Below are positions 43,301 to 51,715 of a DNA stretch of 64,000 bases, piece by piece (the first letter of the stretch is position 1; every line of letters starts with the position of its first letter). Made by a program: the position numbers and the translations under genes. The stretch is from a virus. Under the pieces are notes generated by a model that was not told the DNA's origin, made no database searches, and saw only the letters and a list, made by a program, of their open reading frames with translations. The stretch spans positions 1-64,000 of IMG/VR virus record IMGVR_UViG_3300010354_000044; one strand, written 5' to 3'.

Positions 43301-46300
43301 CTATGTACGGACGATTCGGGGTCCATGGCGGTGACTTTGATGGTGACTCTTATCAGCTGATATTCGGATTTAGGGATATCCAAGAAAGCCTTGTCAAGGC
43401 TATTCAGCACCGCGATGCTATCCGTAATAGCCTGCTAAACCTACAGAGTCAATCTACTCTAAATTCAGATTACAATGTCGCTATTCAAGGTAGGATATCC
43501 AATCTACAGACAGCCCTTACCGCCAGCCAGCAGGACGTAGATAGGTTAATTACTGAGGTAGATAATCTAAGCACCATTACCGCCGACCGGGTTAAAGAGG
43601 GTATGCGTAGGCACGTAGCTGCTTTTACGGGTATTCCCTTGTCTTTGGCTCTAAAACCGGAATATTACAGCGATGAAGAAATCGCGTACATGATTGAACA
43701 GCAGCGAGGGGTTACTCCGGGTTTGACTGACGCCGGCGAGAAGTATGGCGATCAAATAACAAAGTTTACTCAGCTGTTTAACAGACTTAATCCAACCACT
43801 CTCGCTAGTGCCTCGGATGAGATTATTGATTCTGAAGCTAGCCGACTCAAGTTCAGCGCAGAGGAGCTTAGTCTCTTCAAGGAGTTTGCCCGCCAAGATA
43901 ATTTGTACGCGGACAATCTAACGGCTTCGGACCGTAACCGTTTATTTACCGAATCTATCACGTCTTATTTTAACCTGCACATGGGTTTATCTGAAGGGAA
44001 TAAATTTGCCCAGGCCGCCGCAGGTTCTGTATTGGATTTAGGAACCTTTGAGGTTCTCCAGACGGTAGTAGGTAATGTAGGGACATCCTTAATTGGTGAA
44101 GGCTATAACGCTATCACGACACTTATTGGCCGCAGTGTTCTAGCTAGAACTATGGGGCAGGCCTTAAATGACCCTACTACAAATATAGGCGAGGGAATCG
44201 TTCAAGCGCTGGATACCCTAAATACCAATAATACTTTAGACGATAATGTAACCCGTATCAAAGACTTATTTTCAGAAGGGCGATTAAAGCAAACGGCGGC
44301 GTTTGCCGAGTCCCGGGCCCAGCAGTTACAAATGAATTTAGGGCTTATCCAGCAAATCATCCGGGACTCGCTAAAGCCAAAACAAGAGGGAGGGACTATT
44401 GCGGCCATTGCGGAGCAGATGGGCGATGAAAGCTTTAAGACTAAGTTCCTTAACGAGCAAGATACGGACACGCGCATGGAGTTGTTGCGCAACTTCGTGT
44501 CCACCAGAGCGGTGACAACCATGGTTGGGAGTCAGACCTCTGGTAATACTTCCCTTATCAATACCTTCGGGGCTATCTTTTTATTAGCTGACTATACAAA
44601 GCTAGAGGACCCTACCTCTATGCTACGTAGTGATAGCCCTCGGTACGATACGCTGCGCCGCACCCAGCAACTATACAAATCAGCCGCAGAAGGGCTTGAC
44701 GTTAATCTTGAAAGTTTAGACGTTATCAGCCGCTTGAGACTCAAAGACAAAGAGTTTGTGGCCCGGATGGCGACAGATGAAGAATTTTTGGTACGTCAGA
44801 CAATAACTGATCTGATCAATACAGCGGTAGCTGAGGAGGCTTTCAATAAGTACTATGCTTATGGTCAAAGTGACGAATCTCTAATAAGCCGAGCTAACAT
44901 TGAGCGAGATAACTATATTAAAGCGTTATCCGACTCTAACCTTACAGGGGATAGCGGGCTGTACTTCAAGAACGAGCAGCACAGAGAAGCCGTCAGGAGA
45001 AGCCTCCATATAGATGGAAATACCGATGACTTTTTCTTTACGGCAGAGACGGCCCGGCAGTCCTTGTTAGACATAACTCTGGTGCGTAAAACCTTCCTGG
45101 GCATGACTGAGAGCGATGTAGAGTTCTCCCGGAAGGTCAATAGGGCCGGGTCCATTCTATCGCAGCCTGACATTAGTGCCAGTTTTGCCCCTTTTGCCAG
45201 TGCCCAGGCCGAGAACCTTGTAGCTATCCAACAATGGGCTAAGCGTGGTCGTATGGACGACCCTAGAGCCATGACTACATTTGAGATTGGTTCATCCGCA
45301 CGTTTATTTGACGCAATAGACCAGGTCCACCAGAATCTGACGGAGGAGTTTGGTTCTCTAGAAAACGCATTATCTAAACAGGAAGTATACGCAGCCTATT
45401 CTCAGATGGCCGAGCTCGCCGGCGTGTTTGATATTAGCAGGGAGGATAGTAATATTCTAAGCTTGGCGCTTCAGACAAGAGTTGAGGGCCGGCAGTCTAT
45501 ATTCTCAGAGTTAGCTAATTACAATGCCGGACTTGCTTATATGCAGGAACGTATTAACCAGCAACAGGATATTATTTCAAAAGGTACCTTAACTGATGCA
45601 GACGAAAGTCGGTTAAATACCCTTTACGCAGACCTAGAAGCTTTTGCCACCGGCTTAGATGCTAATGCCAATCAGAACGAGGCCTTCAGAGCTAAGGTAA
45701 GAGAGATTGGCGAGTTTCAGCGCTCCTTAAAAATGGACCAGGCTCAGCAGAGAAAGGCCACCTACGCCAATATTATTAATACAAAAATACATACACCTAC
45801 CTCCCTAGATGTTACTGGGTATGGGTTTAATAACACCTTGGAATTGTTTGCGGCCCCTATTATTGGGGCTGCGTTAATCCAAGGGGGACTTGACGAGCGG
45901 TTAGTCTCTGGGACTTACGATTTACTGCAGGGTCTGTCTACCGTTGAGGGTTCGGCCGGCAATGTAAGAGCACTAGAAGCTGACCGGTTATTTAGGTTGG
46001 CGCGCTTTAAAGAGCAAATGTTACAAGGGGAAAGTTTGCTTTTAGGTGCAACTCAAGCCCTAGCTGCCGAGACATTTTTCATGGGAACTGCGTCTTTAAT
46101 TGCCTCCAAATTACGTTCCCCCAACTCCCCCTCCCCTAACTCCCCTAACAATCGGCAGTCTGGTTTAAGTGGAATTATGGCCGAGGCAGTGGTTACAGCT
46201 GCTGCCTTGGCTTTTACTCGCCGGAACAACCAATATGGTATTGACGGAGAACCTTACCGAAATCTCGCTGCAGAGGCTCTATTACAGACAGCGGAAGCAA

Positions 46301-46509
46301 TAGAATCTAGCACCAGCGAATGGTTAGAACGTGCTATGGATATCCAGGTAGAAACGGAAGATCAAATTGTTACCTTTGATTTTGATCCTTCCATTGCCCC
46401 TAGTAGCTATGAAGAGCGTATTGTAACTGGCTGGATTGAGATGAGCATAGAAAACTCTGACGAATTTGCTAATGCTTATTATGAAACTGGGAATTATATT
46501 GATGGGTAA
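37354..46509 (+). CDS. Giant protein with single-chain two-barrel RNA polymerase motifs (putative virion RNAP, possibly tape-measure-fused)
   Basis: GGDFDGDS (DFDGD at 43333-43347) preceded by VNRAG and KRKYPG; upstream R..TKG and VMNPG; downstream LIGEGYN and IRDSLK. Confidence 0.8.
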   Translation: MSLFPEYNIYGPDSLGRDVQRLIDSEADPESIARRQLTLPNLEAEREVAAFRLNYGEVHTKPGNRYNILGQKLYDPLPTAVEGRLATGNLQANITQDRTIQLRGLEVINTLNSGLGGTAAPALSNRQGSMANRFTKTTVFDSLVGPSDTNILRGLVNSPVFEEPVTVRPTTQDISNQLVFPTQQRTNYSSHLGAFAHKNVNEQGVQELYNSVVNLQNSLGNAITSIERQYAQQMVNGRIERVLVGVRVGIRNYNDLYDGLGLYSQASYPGVQRAHYFNFTVNRNNQVIETSTNRLITGSLISQNSGHISNMGGRNSAYNTVLGLLSSYARSAEIEAKYGVTHSLFNIMVARQDYSSLGRVFAEMLIQRDQSTIVNQGNKFRETLELLLSTTNNKGLSSIVENTVDRIARQGLDYYTTIGALLDKDVLEQQINKLYSYRKQQLLKAFEPITSHVGGINETFGLAVDTTLRNLNELVANDAEQFSIPINGRRVTIAGFEDLKMAALSLSPSEHAHYDFRKNQASSSILQLLMSPFLMPHETGFSGSQAAARLGFYHMVETRGGRNMYEIYPAVYRHGFGGTKPGEYIKLISAQSAKSSLFKYTSHLYNFTGAKKVVEFFETRTVFEGMPALRYSSLKEVREHLQSINYTSADEIIKNYKTRMHLGADEEDDTEILLLPFRKAEQISQRLKNLLGGRPMLELNTTFRQAILKQDKEALLNLFERNEFGDLYLSANALAGEVPANLNKIQYDRLILERNRIIKRLGYEGRALSDSEKLILSTELVKAMRAAELDIFDGGGFVQGRRTRRVAVAMGVNTLSDFMLVNNDYLQASSFGYMHVSNQKIAITHTLKTDKVGTIRQPDPLFDAKVNFIASAFRPGTIVYLQPKALENEKVKDSLSRLAAKLRSEYLAKNLDSRYLDAQVTQALLQSFPALDSVSFTDGELTTVMLKAGAYQFTNDSINFLGALEGSRIRLGLMNKGGRFNLTTGPSSEPGTEFFEIKVPGEVRKYTGGMLAVAGPTKAKPGQGGGLELEIPWLIETGIGGTSRSSSLTKGPWLMYDGAGFEAFGTAFKANSMLSHLQNDSIFAVMNPGVFKAYNYESGLSILRDTASRQSLLNLSSGDLSLILGIAFLQKNTDTRLRQALVNYLDSNSSSLAVSPYLRTLIQDKSFGSSAAKLENLLLTAPDLATLVDSPTLRDFGDKLAEQFESGTFDIQSRLEAIVNRALKGSTTIYEQIEGDVRGIRTFDERNFSVRSAGILADIIHTTQQTIDPSRTLGRITGSKPLTGLNFIDDQGRPNVRKFIDNRDFRAASLDMAQKLRVRSLLPNQSILESSLSQLREGDALYKDIENLLYVIHSSLMASPYIERAINLLPSRVLYPAGSEDAVGLEYHYSLSLSKKEFAALRGQGLDMERFTQAQAAYSTVVTHSGVNEISRRMEIISPFGVDPAQRNLGRIVSALIQNYNEISGKAQFIGNDNLSPLDAIVRSISAGDETELNSLMSRYQLINQAVRYHRGVGPSDQQSAVNLISAVNLITALNPSRLDLSQATDEQIRTLGALYNLRGDVTTIRQRLSELGPTLGRGLLYLDRSDNLFSERRLALSKAIITYSELRRNKGLTDLSYNLSPYAADVQSALVTSNVNSYNIGFLEFEQALNLVTDQSSGRLDVRYADNRSTKILNVASKLQANDAFVERLALNAAGTSTTDTFINSLQRIVAGTENILKFYGKETEQAQRALKLRSEVYDTKTLLLPAIETYTAGDGTIIKLAESDSNGKVQYTDTPVVQLGLDVLSQIPTRFESYINEVVERQQRIRELIPKFQEVVNQLQKGFISNASVSDISIIEEMQRLAYESQHDLESILTSVLQQNAENEKRKYPGVAFTAVADYLATPTEAFVGKRVTSTGLNQVVRDAKATLNSPELSKVEVEALQRIGQLTGYVNRAGGLSGASQSTNMLHDVKSQAILKERGQLENNQLQLSLQGNETALIVSMYGRFGVHGGDFDGDSYQLIFGFRDIQESLVKAIQHRDAIRNSLLNLQSQSTLNSDYNVAIQGRISNLQTALTASQQDVDRLITEVDNLSTITADRVKEGMRRHVAAFTGIPLSLALKPEYYSDEEIAYMIEQQRGVTPGLTDAGEKYGDQITKFTQLFNRLNPTTLASASDEIIDSEASRLKFSAEELSLFKEFARQDNLYADNLTASDRNRLFTESITSYFNLHMGLSEGNKFAQAAAGSVLDLGTFEVLQTVVGNVGTSLIGEGYNAITTLIGRSVLARTMGQALNDPTTNIGEGIVQALDTLNTNNTLDDNVTRIKDLFSEGRLKQTAAFAESRAQQLQMNLGLIQQIIRDSLKPKQEGGTIAAIAEQMGDESFKTKFLNEQDTDTRMELLRNFVSTRAVTTMVGSQTSGNTSLINTFGAIFLLADYTKLEDPTSMLRSDSPRYDTLRRTQQLYKSAAEGLDVNLESLDVISRLRLKDKEFVARMATDEEFLVRQTITDLINTAVAEEAFNKYYAYGQSDESLISRANIERDNYIKALSDSNLTGDSGLYFKNEQHREAVRRSLHIDGNTDDFFFTAETARQSLLDITLVRKTFLGMTESDVEFSRKVNRAGSILSQPDISASFAPFASAQAENLVAIQQWAKRGRMDDPRAMTTFEIGSSARLFDAIDQVHQNLTEEFGSLENALSKQEVYAAYSQMAELAGVFDISREDSNILSLALQTRVEGRQSIFSELANYNAGLAYMQERINQQQDIISKGTLTDADESRLNTLYADLEAFATGLDANANQNEAFRAKVREIGEFQRSLKMDQAQQRKATYANIINTKIHTPTSLDVTGYGFNNTLELFAAPIIGAALIQGGLDERLVSGTYDLLQGLSTVEGSAGNVRALEADRLFRLARFKEQMLQGESLLLGATQALAAETFFMGTASLIASKLRSPNSPSPNSPNNRQSGLSGIMAEAVVTAAALAFTRRNNQYGIDGEPYRNLAAEALLQTAEAIESSTSEWLERAMDIQVETEDQIVTFDFDPSIAPSSYEERIVTGWIEMSIENSDEFANAYYETGNYIDG
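41911..41946 (+). repeat. 18-bp tandem duplication (SAVNLI x2) inside the giant gene
   Basis: AGTGCGGTTAATCTGATA twice, followed by a degenerate third copy. Confidence 0.8.
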
Positions 46510-46722
46510 ATGTCAGACCTAAATTATTGACTATACTATTTATTTATTACTTACTATTATCTATTTATTATGATTTGGTCTAGCACGTCTTGGCTTATTT
46601 TTGGCTTTACGTTATATCTCATGACTTTGAAATTATTCCTTTAGCCGAAGGCGGCTGTACGCTCGGCTTCTTTATTTGCAGATCGCATACTTTGCTTAAA
46701 TCCTCTTTGATAAAATGGGTTC

Positions 46723-47631
46723 ATGGTAAGAACTACATTTAGTGGGACTGCGCGGCAAATTACACGTTTTCTAAAGGATGGCGTGCATCTAATTGCTGTG
46801 GGTAATACCAACACAGCATTTAGTTCCGGGGCGTGGCCTATCAACACTAGCCCACCGCCAGTCCCAGTTAGCCTAGCATCATTAGAAAATATCTGTGGTT
46901 ACGTACCGCTAAAACGTGTAACTCCAGTAGTCGAGTATGCGGCGGGTAATCTAACCTTAGCAGACGGCTCTATATGGTTAGATTTTCCCTATTACACCGA
47001 AGACATTCTAATATCAGCAGCCTGTGACTCTGTCCTTGTTGAAGCTTCTATAGACCATAATGCTCTGCCGGTTGAGGTGGATAGGTATCACTCATTGGGT
47101 CTTTACGTTGGCTGTACGGTCAAGCAGCCAATAAACGAAGCTACAAAATTTATACCTAAGGACCAAGTCATAGGTTATTTGGATACAGCCTGGTACTTTC
47201 CAAAAGTTGTTAAGAATACTAACTATGTTCAAAACATCCAACTGATTAGAAAGTTTTCGTCTGTTCCTCGTGAGCAAGGGTTTAACCCTTATTTAGTTCA
47301 AGTAGATTCAGTAACTGACAGTAGTGTAACCTTATCAATCTCTACTACTCCGGCTAAGTTATACTCCATTGTTCTTCCAGCTAACTCTCCAGCTCCAACT
47401 GTTGCAGAAGTTATTAACGCTGCAAACTCATTAAGAGGTGTTTTCACAAGAACCACGACATTTGTAGGATTGGATAGTTTAACTCTATACGAGTTTTATA
47501 CGGTACTAGAAGATATTTACGGTAATTTGTCTACTTTACGAAAGAATACTGCGGCCACATCAAGGAGCCCAACGTTAGGGCTTCAATTATTTAGACCCGA
47601 AAACGCTATACAACTTGGGATGCCTATCTAA
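46723..47631 (+). CDS. Baseplate/fibre-attachment structural protein
   Basis: HLIAVGN...W....PPP...GY...Y..LGLY pattern of myovirus baseplate proteins; C-terminal Fn3-like segment. Confidence 0.55.
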   Translation: MVRTTFSGTARQITRFLKDGVHLIAVGNTNTAFSSGAWPINTSPPPVPVSLASLENICGYVPLKRVTPVVEYAAGNLTLADGSIWLDFPYYTEDILISAACDSVLVEASIDHNALPVEVDRYHSLGLYVGCTVKQPINEATKFIPKDQVIGYLDTAWYFPKVVKNTNYVQNIQLIRKFSSVPREQGFNPYLVQVDSVTDSSVTLSISTTPAKLYSIVLPANSPAPTVAEVINAANSLRGVFTRTTTFVGLDSLTLYEFYTVLEDIYGNLSTLRKNTAATSRSPTLGLQLFRPENAIQLGMPI

Positions 47632-47632
47632 G

Positions 47633-48484
47633 ATGCCACTTAAAGGTAAAGACGGTTCACAGACCGACTATTTTATTAAGACAGAGAGTGATGTTTTTAA
47701 TAACAGTAATGACGGGGGTTCCGCGCCTACAGCGACGGCCACTATTGTTGCAAGTCCTGATCTAGGTCGGCAGAGTGATTCCGCAGCTACTAGCAATACT
47801 GGATCGTTTAGTATTGTCGCTCTACTAAAGCGTCTACTAGGGACTACCTTAGTAGACGTTTCTAGTAACCTTACATCGTTACGCTCAGGGGTTAATGATG
47901 ATCTAGGGCGGAGGGCTGATACAGCAGCCACAAGCAACACAGGAGAATTTAGTGTTGTGGCGCTTCTGAAGCGTCTGCTAAACACTACGCTGGCTGATGT
48001 GGCTACTAATGTATCCGCCTTGCGTACTGGCGTTAATAATGACCTTGGCCAAAGAAGCGACTCAGCAGCTACTACCAATACAGGAGAATTTAGTGTTATA
48101 TCCCTGTTAAAGCGGTTGTTAGATACAACCCTTAGTAATGTTTCTACCAATATTGCGGCATTACGTCTAGCTGTTAATAACGATAATAGGGTTCAGGCCC
48201 AAATCTTAGGCTCTATTCCCTTACCCATAACTGATAACGGCAGCAGTGTTACTGTAGATAATAATGGCACGTTTCCGGTACAGGTCAATAACCAAGTTAG
48301 TCTGAATGCTGTTTGGGGTATTCCAGCCTTTGATAGAATTGCACTAACTTACGACGGACAGAATAACGTCACGTCTATTACCTATGGTCGGGGCAATAAT
48401 ACCAATATAGCCACGCTGAGTATTACCTACAGTGGGGGGAACATCGCTACGATTATACGAAATCCTGCCCTAAGTAATCTGTAA
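47633..48484 (+). CDS. Fibre-like protein with three 47-aa repeats
   Basis: DLGRQSDSAATSNTGSFSIVALLKRLL... repeated; ATG at 47633 preferred over the track start 47615. Confidence 0.7.
   Translation: MPLKGKDGSQTDYFIKTESDVFNNSNDGGSAPTATATIVASPDLGRQSDSAATSNTGSFSIVALLKRLLGTTLVDVSSNLTSLRSGVNDDLGRRADTAATSNTGEFSVVALLKRLLNTTLADVATNVSALRTGVNNDLGQRSDSAATTNTGEFSVISLLKRLLDTTLSNVSTNIAALRLAVNNDNRVQAQILGSIPLPITDNGSSVTVDNNGTFPVQVNNQVSLNAVWGIPAFDRIALTYDGQNNVTSITYGRGNNTNIATLSITYSGGNIATIIRNPALSNL
47759..48181 (+). repeat. Three tandem 141-bp coding repeats
   Basis: Units start at 47759, 47900 and 48041. Confidence 0.85.
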
Positions 48485-48532
48485 ATTCTAGAAAGTTATG
48501 CCATACATTATACTTGGGAGAGGGTAATTTAA

Positions 48533-49591
48533 ATGCCCGCAGGCTTCAATTTTATTACTGGCGATTTTACTGTAACCCCATCTATTGCACTTAATGACTT
48601 AAACCCTAGTCTAAGGGACAGGATTAAGTTATTTGGGGGTAGTGGGGGTCAAAACGGCACAACAGATTTTGTAGCTACCGCAGATACGACATTAGATCAA
48701 GGTTTTTACTTCTTTCGTAATTTTACAGTTACTGAATGTACAGTAACTATTAATAAATTTGCCTATATTTTCTGCACGGGTAATGTACTGATCAACCAAG
48801 GTCAATTGTTTGTAACCCCCGCCGCTCCTGGGGGTACACCTGGTTACCTGGACCTCGCAGCCGCAACTGGTGCCGCTTTCGGTGGTAGGCCGGGCTTCGG
48901 GGCAGGCACTACAGAAGTAGAAGTTATAAGCCAGCCTAGATACGGTGTTCCAGGTACTGCTTATCCTTGGACACTCCAGCCCTTCGGCAGCGGCGGCAGT
49001 GCTGGTTATGTGACCGGTACTAGTGGGGACGTGAGGGCGGGTAATGGCGGTGCTGGGGGTGGGGGCTTAATCATTGAGGCAATTGGCTCAATTACGATCA
49101 TTCCTGCAGCGGGTTTACCAGGGTCAAGGTCAGCGATCGCAGCTGATGGTGTAGCAGGCACTAATGGCTTTATTGGCGTAGGCGCCGTTGGTGCTGCTTC
49201 CGGTGGTGGGGGCGGTAGTGGCGGATTAGTTAAGTTGTCTAGTCTAACGTCTATCGTCTTTAATGCTGGCTCATCAGGCAATTTTTGCATCTCCGCTCAA
49301 GGTGCCGATGGCGGGGACGGAGTTGCTAGTGACGGACTTGATGCTGGCGGAGGTGGTGGCGGTGGCGGAGGATGGGTGCTACTAACCGCACCTAGCCTTA
49401 CGTTTAATGGAGCATCCAGGGTCCTCCCTGGGCTTATTGGTACTACAATTGGCACACTTGGTGCCAGTCCTGGTGGTGGCTACGGGGGCGCTTTTGGTGG
49501 CAATGGCGGGTCAAATACTGAAGCTACCAATCCAATTATTGATGCGGCCCGCGTCGGGCGGTATATTAGCCGTACTTGGAGAGAGTTTTAG
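48533..49591 (+). CDS. Glycine-rich tail fibre protein
   Basis: GGAGGGGLII / GGGGGSGGLV repeats typical of phage Gly-rich fibres. Confidence 0.75.
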   Translation: MPAGFNFITGDFTVTPSIALNDLNPSLRDRIKLFGGSGGQNGTTDFVATADTTLDQGFYFFRNFTVTECTVTINKFAYIFCTGNVLINQGQLFVTPAAPGGTPGYLDLAAATGAAFGGRPGFGAGTTEVEVISQPRYGVPGTAYPWTLQPFGSGGSAGYVTGTSGDVRAGNGGAGGGGLIIEAIGSITIIPAAGLPGSRSAIAADGVAGTNGFIGVGAVGAASGGGGGSGGLVKLSSLTSIVFNAGSSGNFCISAQGADGGDGVASDGLDAGGGGGGGGGWVLLTAPSLTFNGASRVLPGLIGTTIGTLGASPGGGYGGAFGGNGGSNTEATNPIIDAARVGRYISRTWREF

Positions 49592-49593
49592 TA

Positions 49594-50097
49594 ATGCAAT
49601 ATTACGTTGACAGTAGCAGCGGTGCCGTTATTGGCGTTCACTACGGAGAGCCTGTAGAACCCCCTGACGGGTGGTTATTAATTGAAGGCCCCGACGGTAA
49701 CCCTACTGATGTCTTTTACGACGAGACGGGTATTCAGTTAAAGCCCGAGAAGCCTACCGTAACAGCTTATTGGCATAGTGAGCTTAAAGAGTGGCGGGAA
49801 CCGGAACCTCTGCCCGAACCTCCAAAACCTCCTAGCTGGGGTGGCTTCTATAAGGACTTCTTAACAACGGCAGCCTACTCAGTAATCCTAGAAGTATCCG
49901 CTCAGAGCTTAGAAGCCAACACAGTCTTTACTAACCTTAGTAACGCTTTGTTATTGGCCTCTCAAGGGTTTGCAAATATAAATGCCATTCAGTCTGCATT
50001 TGATTCTTTGTTATCTCTTACAGAATTTACAGAGGATGATAAGCTGGAGGTTCTGGACTTAGTTGAACAGCATTCTGTTAGCCTGAACGTTCAGTGA
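49594..50097 (+). CDS. Tail fibre assembly/chaperone-like protein
   Basis: Follows the fibre gene; KP.KP....W......W motif. Confidence 0.55.
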   Translation: MQYYVDSSSGAVIGVHYGEPVEPPDGWLLIEGPDGNPTDVFYDETGIQLKPEKPTVTAYWHSELKEWREPEPLPEPPKPPSWGGFYKDFLTTAAYSVILEVSAQSLEANTVFTNLSNALLLASQGFANINAIQSAFDSLLSLTEFTEDDKLEVLDLVEQHSVSLNVQ

Positions 50098-50098
50098 G

Positions 50099-51712
50099 AT
50101 GGTGCTCTTTAATTTTGACTTAGGGCGGACCTTAGACGCATTAGATGTAGGGGCTAATAATCTACAGAAAATCCGAGATGCCTGGAATTTAAGTAGTCAA
50201 GAGGAGCGCGAAGCTACTGCGCAGAAGGCTATATTAGATGACCTGAGTCCGTTTCTTTCTCTAAATCCAGAGAATACACAGTCCGGGTTTTTATCTACTG
50301 AACTAATAAGCGGGCCAGCTAGTAACCGTATTTCACAGGCTATAGAGCAGCAGTTCTACCAACGTACTGATTATTTCTCTATCACTTACTATGACAAGTA
50401 TGTAGGAAAAGCCAGAAATTTTGCTTTTTCTTTGCTGCCTGCAATTGAAAATAGTATTAGGCCTAATATCCCGGGCCAGACAGTACCTGGTGTGATGCCG
50501 GGTATTATGATACATACCAAAATGAGGCACCGAGCGGTCCTTATACCTGGTGGGACTCCGGTCTATCAAAGCATAGGGCTTGAGGCTGTTGAAATAAGAT
50601 TATGTGGACTGTTTACCGGAAATGAAAATGCACTTGCGCCGAAAGGTAAATCAGCGCTATTTACGGACTCTCCAGAACTTAATGTCGTTAGTGGCTATGA
50701 TGTAGCGCAGTTCTTTCGGGAGAATATTGTTATACCTGGGACGCCGGTTGAATTAGATATCTTTGCGTCTAATGGTCACATAGATGTAACCGGAGACTCT
50801 TTATCTGAATTAGAACAGCGAGCAGGGTTAGTCCGCATCACCGGGACATTATTAATTAATGAGTTACGTACCTTCAGCGCTAGGGCCTCCCGGGATTACT
50901 ATTGTATTGATGGTTATCTAATTAACTATAAATTAGAGAAGCGCGCCGATCCAGAAGGTTCTGGAGCTGCTGCGGATATCAAGGCTTGTCTACAAAAAGC
51001 TGAAGAGTATAAAAAGAATAAGGCTTCGGCTAAAGAGGCTGCCAAGTCTCAAACTCAAGCCTTAGCAGGACCTGGGCTAGTAGTTTTACCAGAATCCGAA
51101 TACCGCCGGGCTTTAGATATCTACACCGCCGAGGTTAAAAGTGGCCCTGGCGCTCAGTTTCCAACCGTAGGTCGGGCTAAGCAGGGTGATAGCCTTCAGT
51201 TGACAGGTCGGCTTGATAATGGCTGGGCGGAGCTAGCGGACGGTAACTGGATACAAGCCACCTATGTGAAATTCAGTGCTCCGAATGTAGGTCCTGGTGT
51301 TATAGGAACAGGATCTACTCCTTTCCCGCCGTTTGACCCAAATTGCATGCGTATCCTTAAAAATGCGAATGTAGATGTGTCTCAGTTAAATAATGATTTA
51401 GAGGAACCTCTTGCAGAAAGGCCCCCAGCTAACGAGCTGGACGGAGATGGTAGCTCTAAAGTAATTAAAGGCGTAGGGCCTTTTAGTCTGAACGTCATGA
51501 AAAGCGGGCTTGACTCTAATCAAGTTTCGGAGCAGTTAAAGCGCTTAGGGACCGAGGCTGGATTAATAAAGGTTATTTCTGGCCAAAGTGTCTCAGTAGG
51601 TCCATTAGATAATACAACCGCCAACCTATTGTATGGCCGGTATAAAGAAGCACAGTTCACTATTTATACCTACACTAGTGAACCTGGCGGTACCCCTTCA
51701 GCTGCGCGGTAA
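50099..51712 (+). CDS. Tail/baseplate protein with bacterial SH3 domain
   Basis: VKSGPGAQFPTVG...GWAELADGNWIQATYV (SH3b); N-terminal IPGGTPVYQSIG...I.L.G.F resembles tube-initiator proteins. Confidence 0.65.
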   Translation: MVLFNFDLGRTLDALDVGANNLQKIRDAWNLSSQEEREATAQKAILDDLSPFLSLNPENTQSGFLSTELISGPASNRISQAIEQQFYQRTDYFSITYYDKYVGKARNFAFSLLPAIENSIRPNIPGQTVPGVMPGIMIHTKMRHRAVLIPGGTPVYQSIGLEAVEIRLCGLFTGNENALAPKGKSALFTDSPELNVVSGYDVAQFFRENIVIPGTPVELDIFASNGHIDVTGDSLSELEQRAGLVRITGTLLINELRTFSARASRDYYCIDGYLINYKLEKRADPEGSGAAADIKACLQKAEEYKKNKASAKEAAKSQTQALAGPGLVVLPESEYRRALDIYTAEVKSGPGAQFPTVGRAKQGDSLQLTGRLDNGWAELADGNWIQATYVKFSAPNVGPGVIGTGSTPFPPFDPNCMRILKNANVDVSQLNNDLEEPLAERPPANELDGDGSSKVIKGVGPFSLNVMKSGLDSNQVSEQLKRLGTEAGLIKVISGQSVSVGPLDNTTANLLYGRYKEAQFTIYTYTSEPGGTPSAAR

Positions 51713-51715
51713 GTT

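Noticed and set aside
39318-45272. Short minus-strand and off-frame ORFs inside the giant gene (and similar ones inside terminase, capsid, portal and fibre genes)
   Set aside because: Shadow ORFs with no motifs, fully overlapping well-supported genes.
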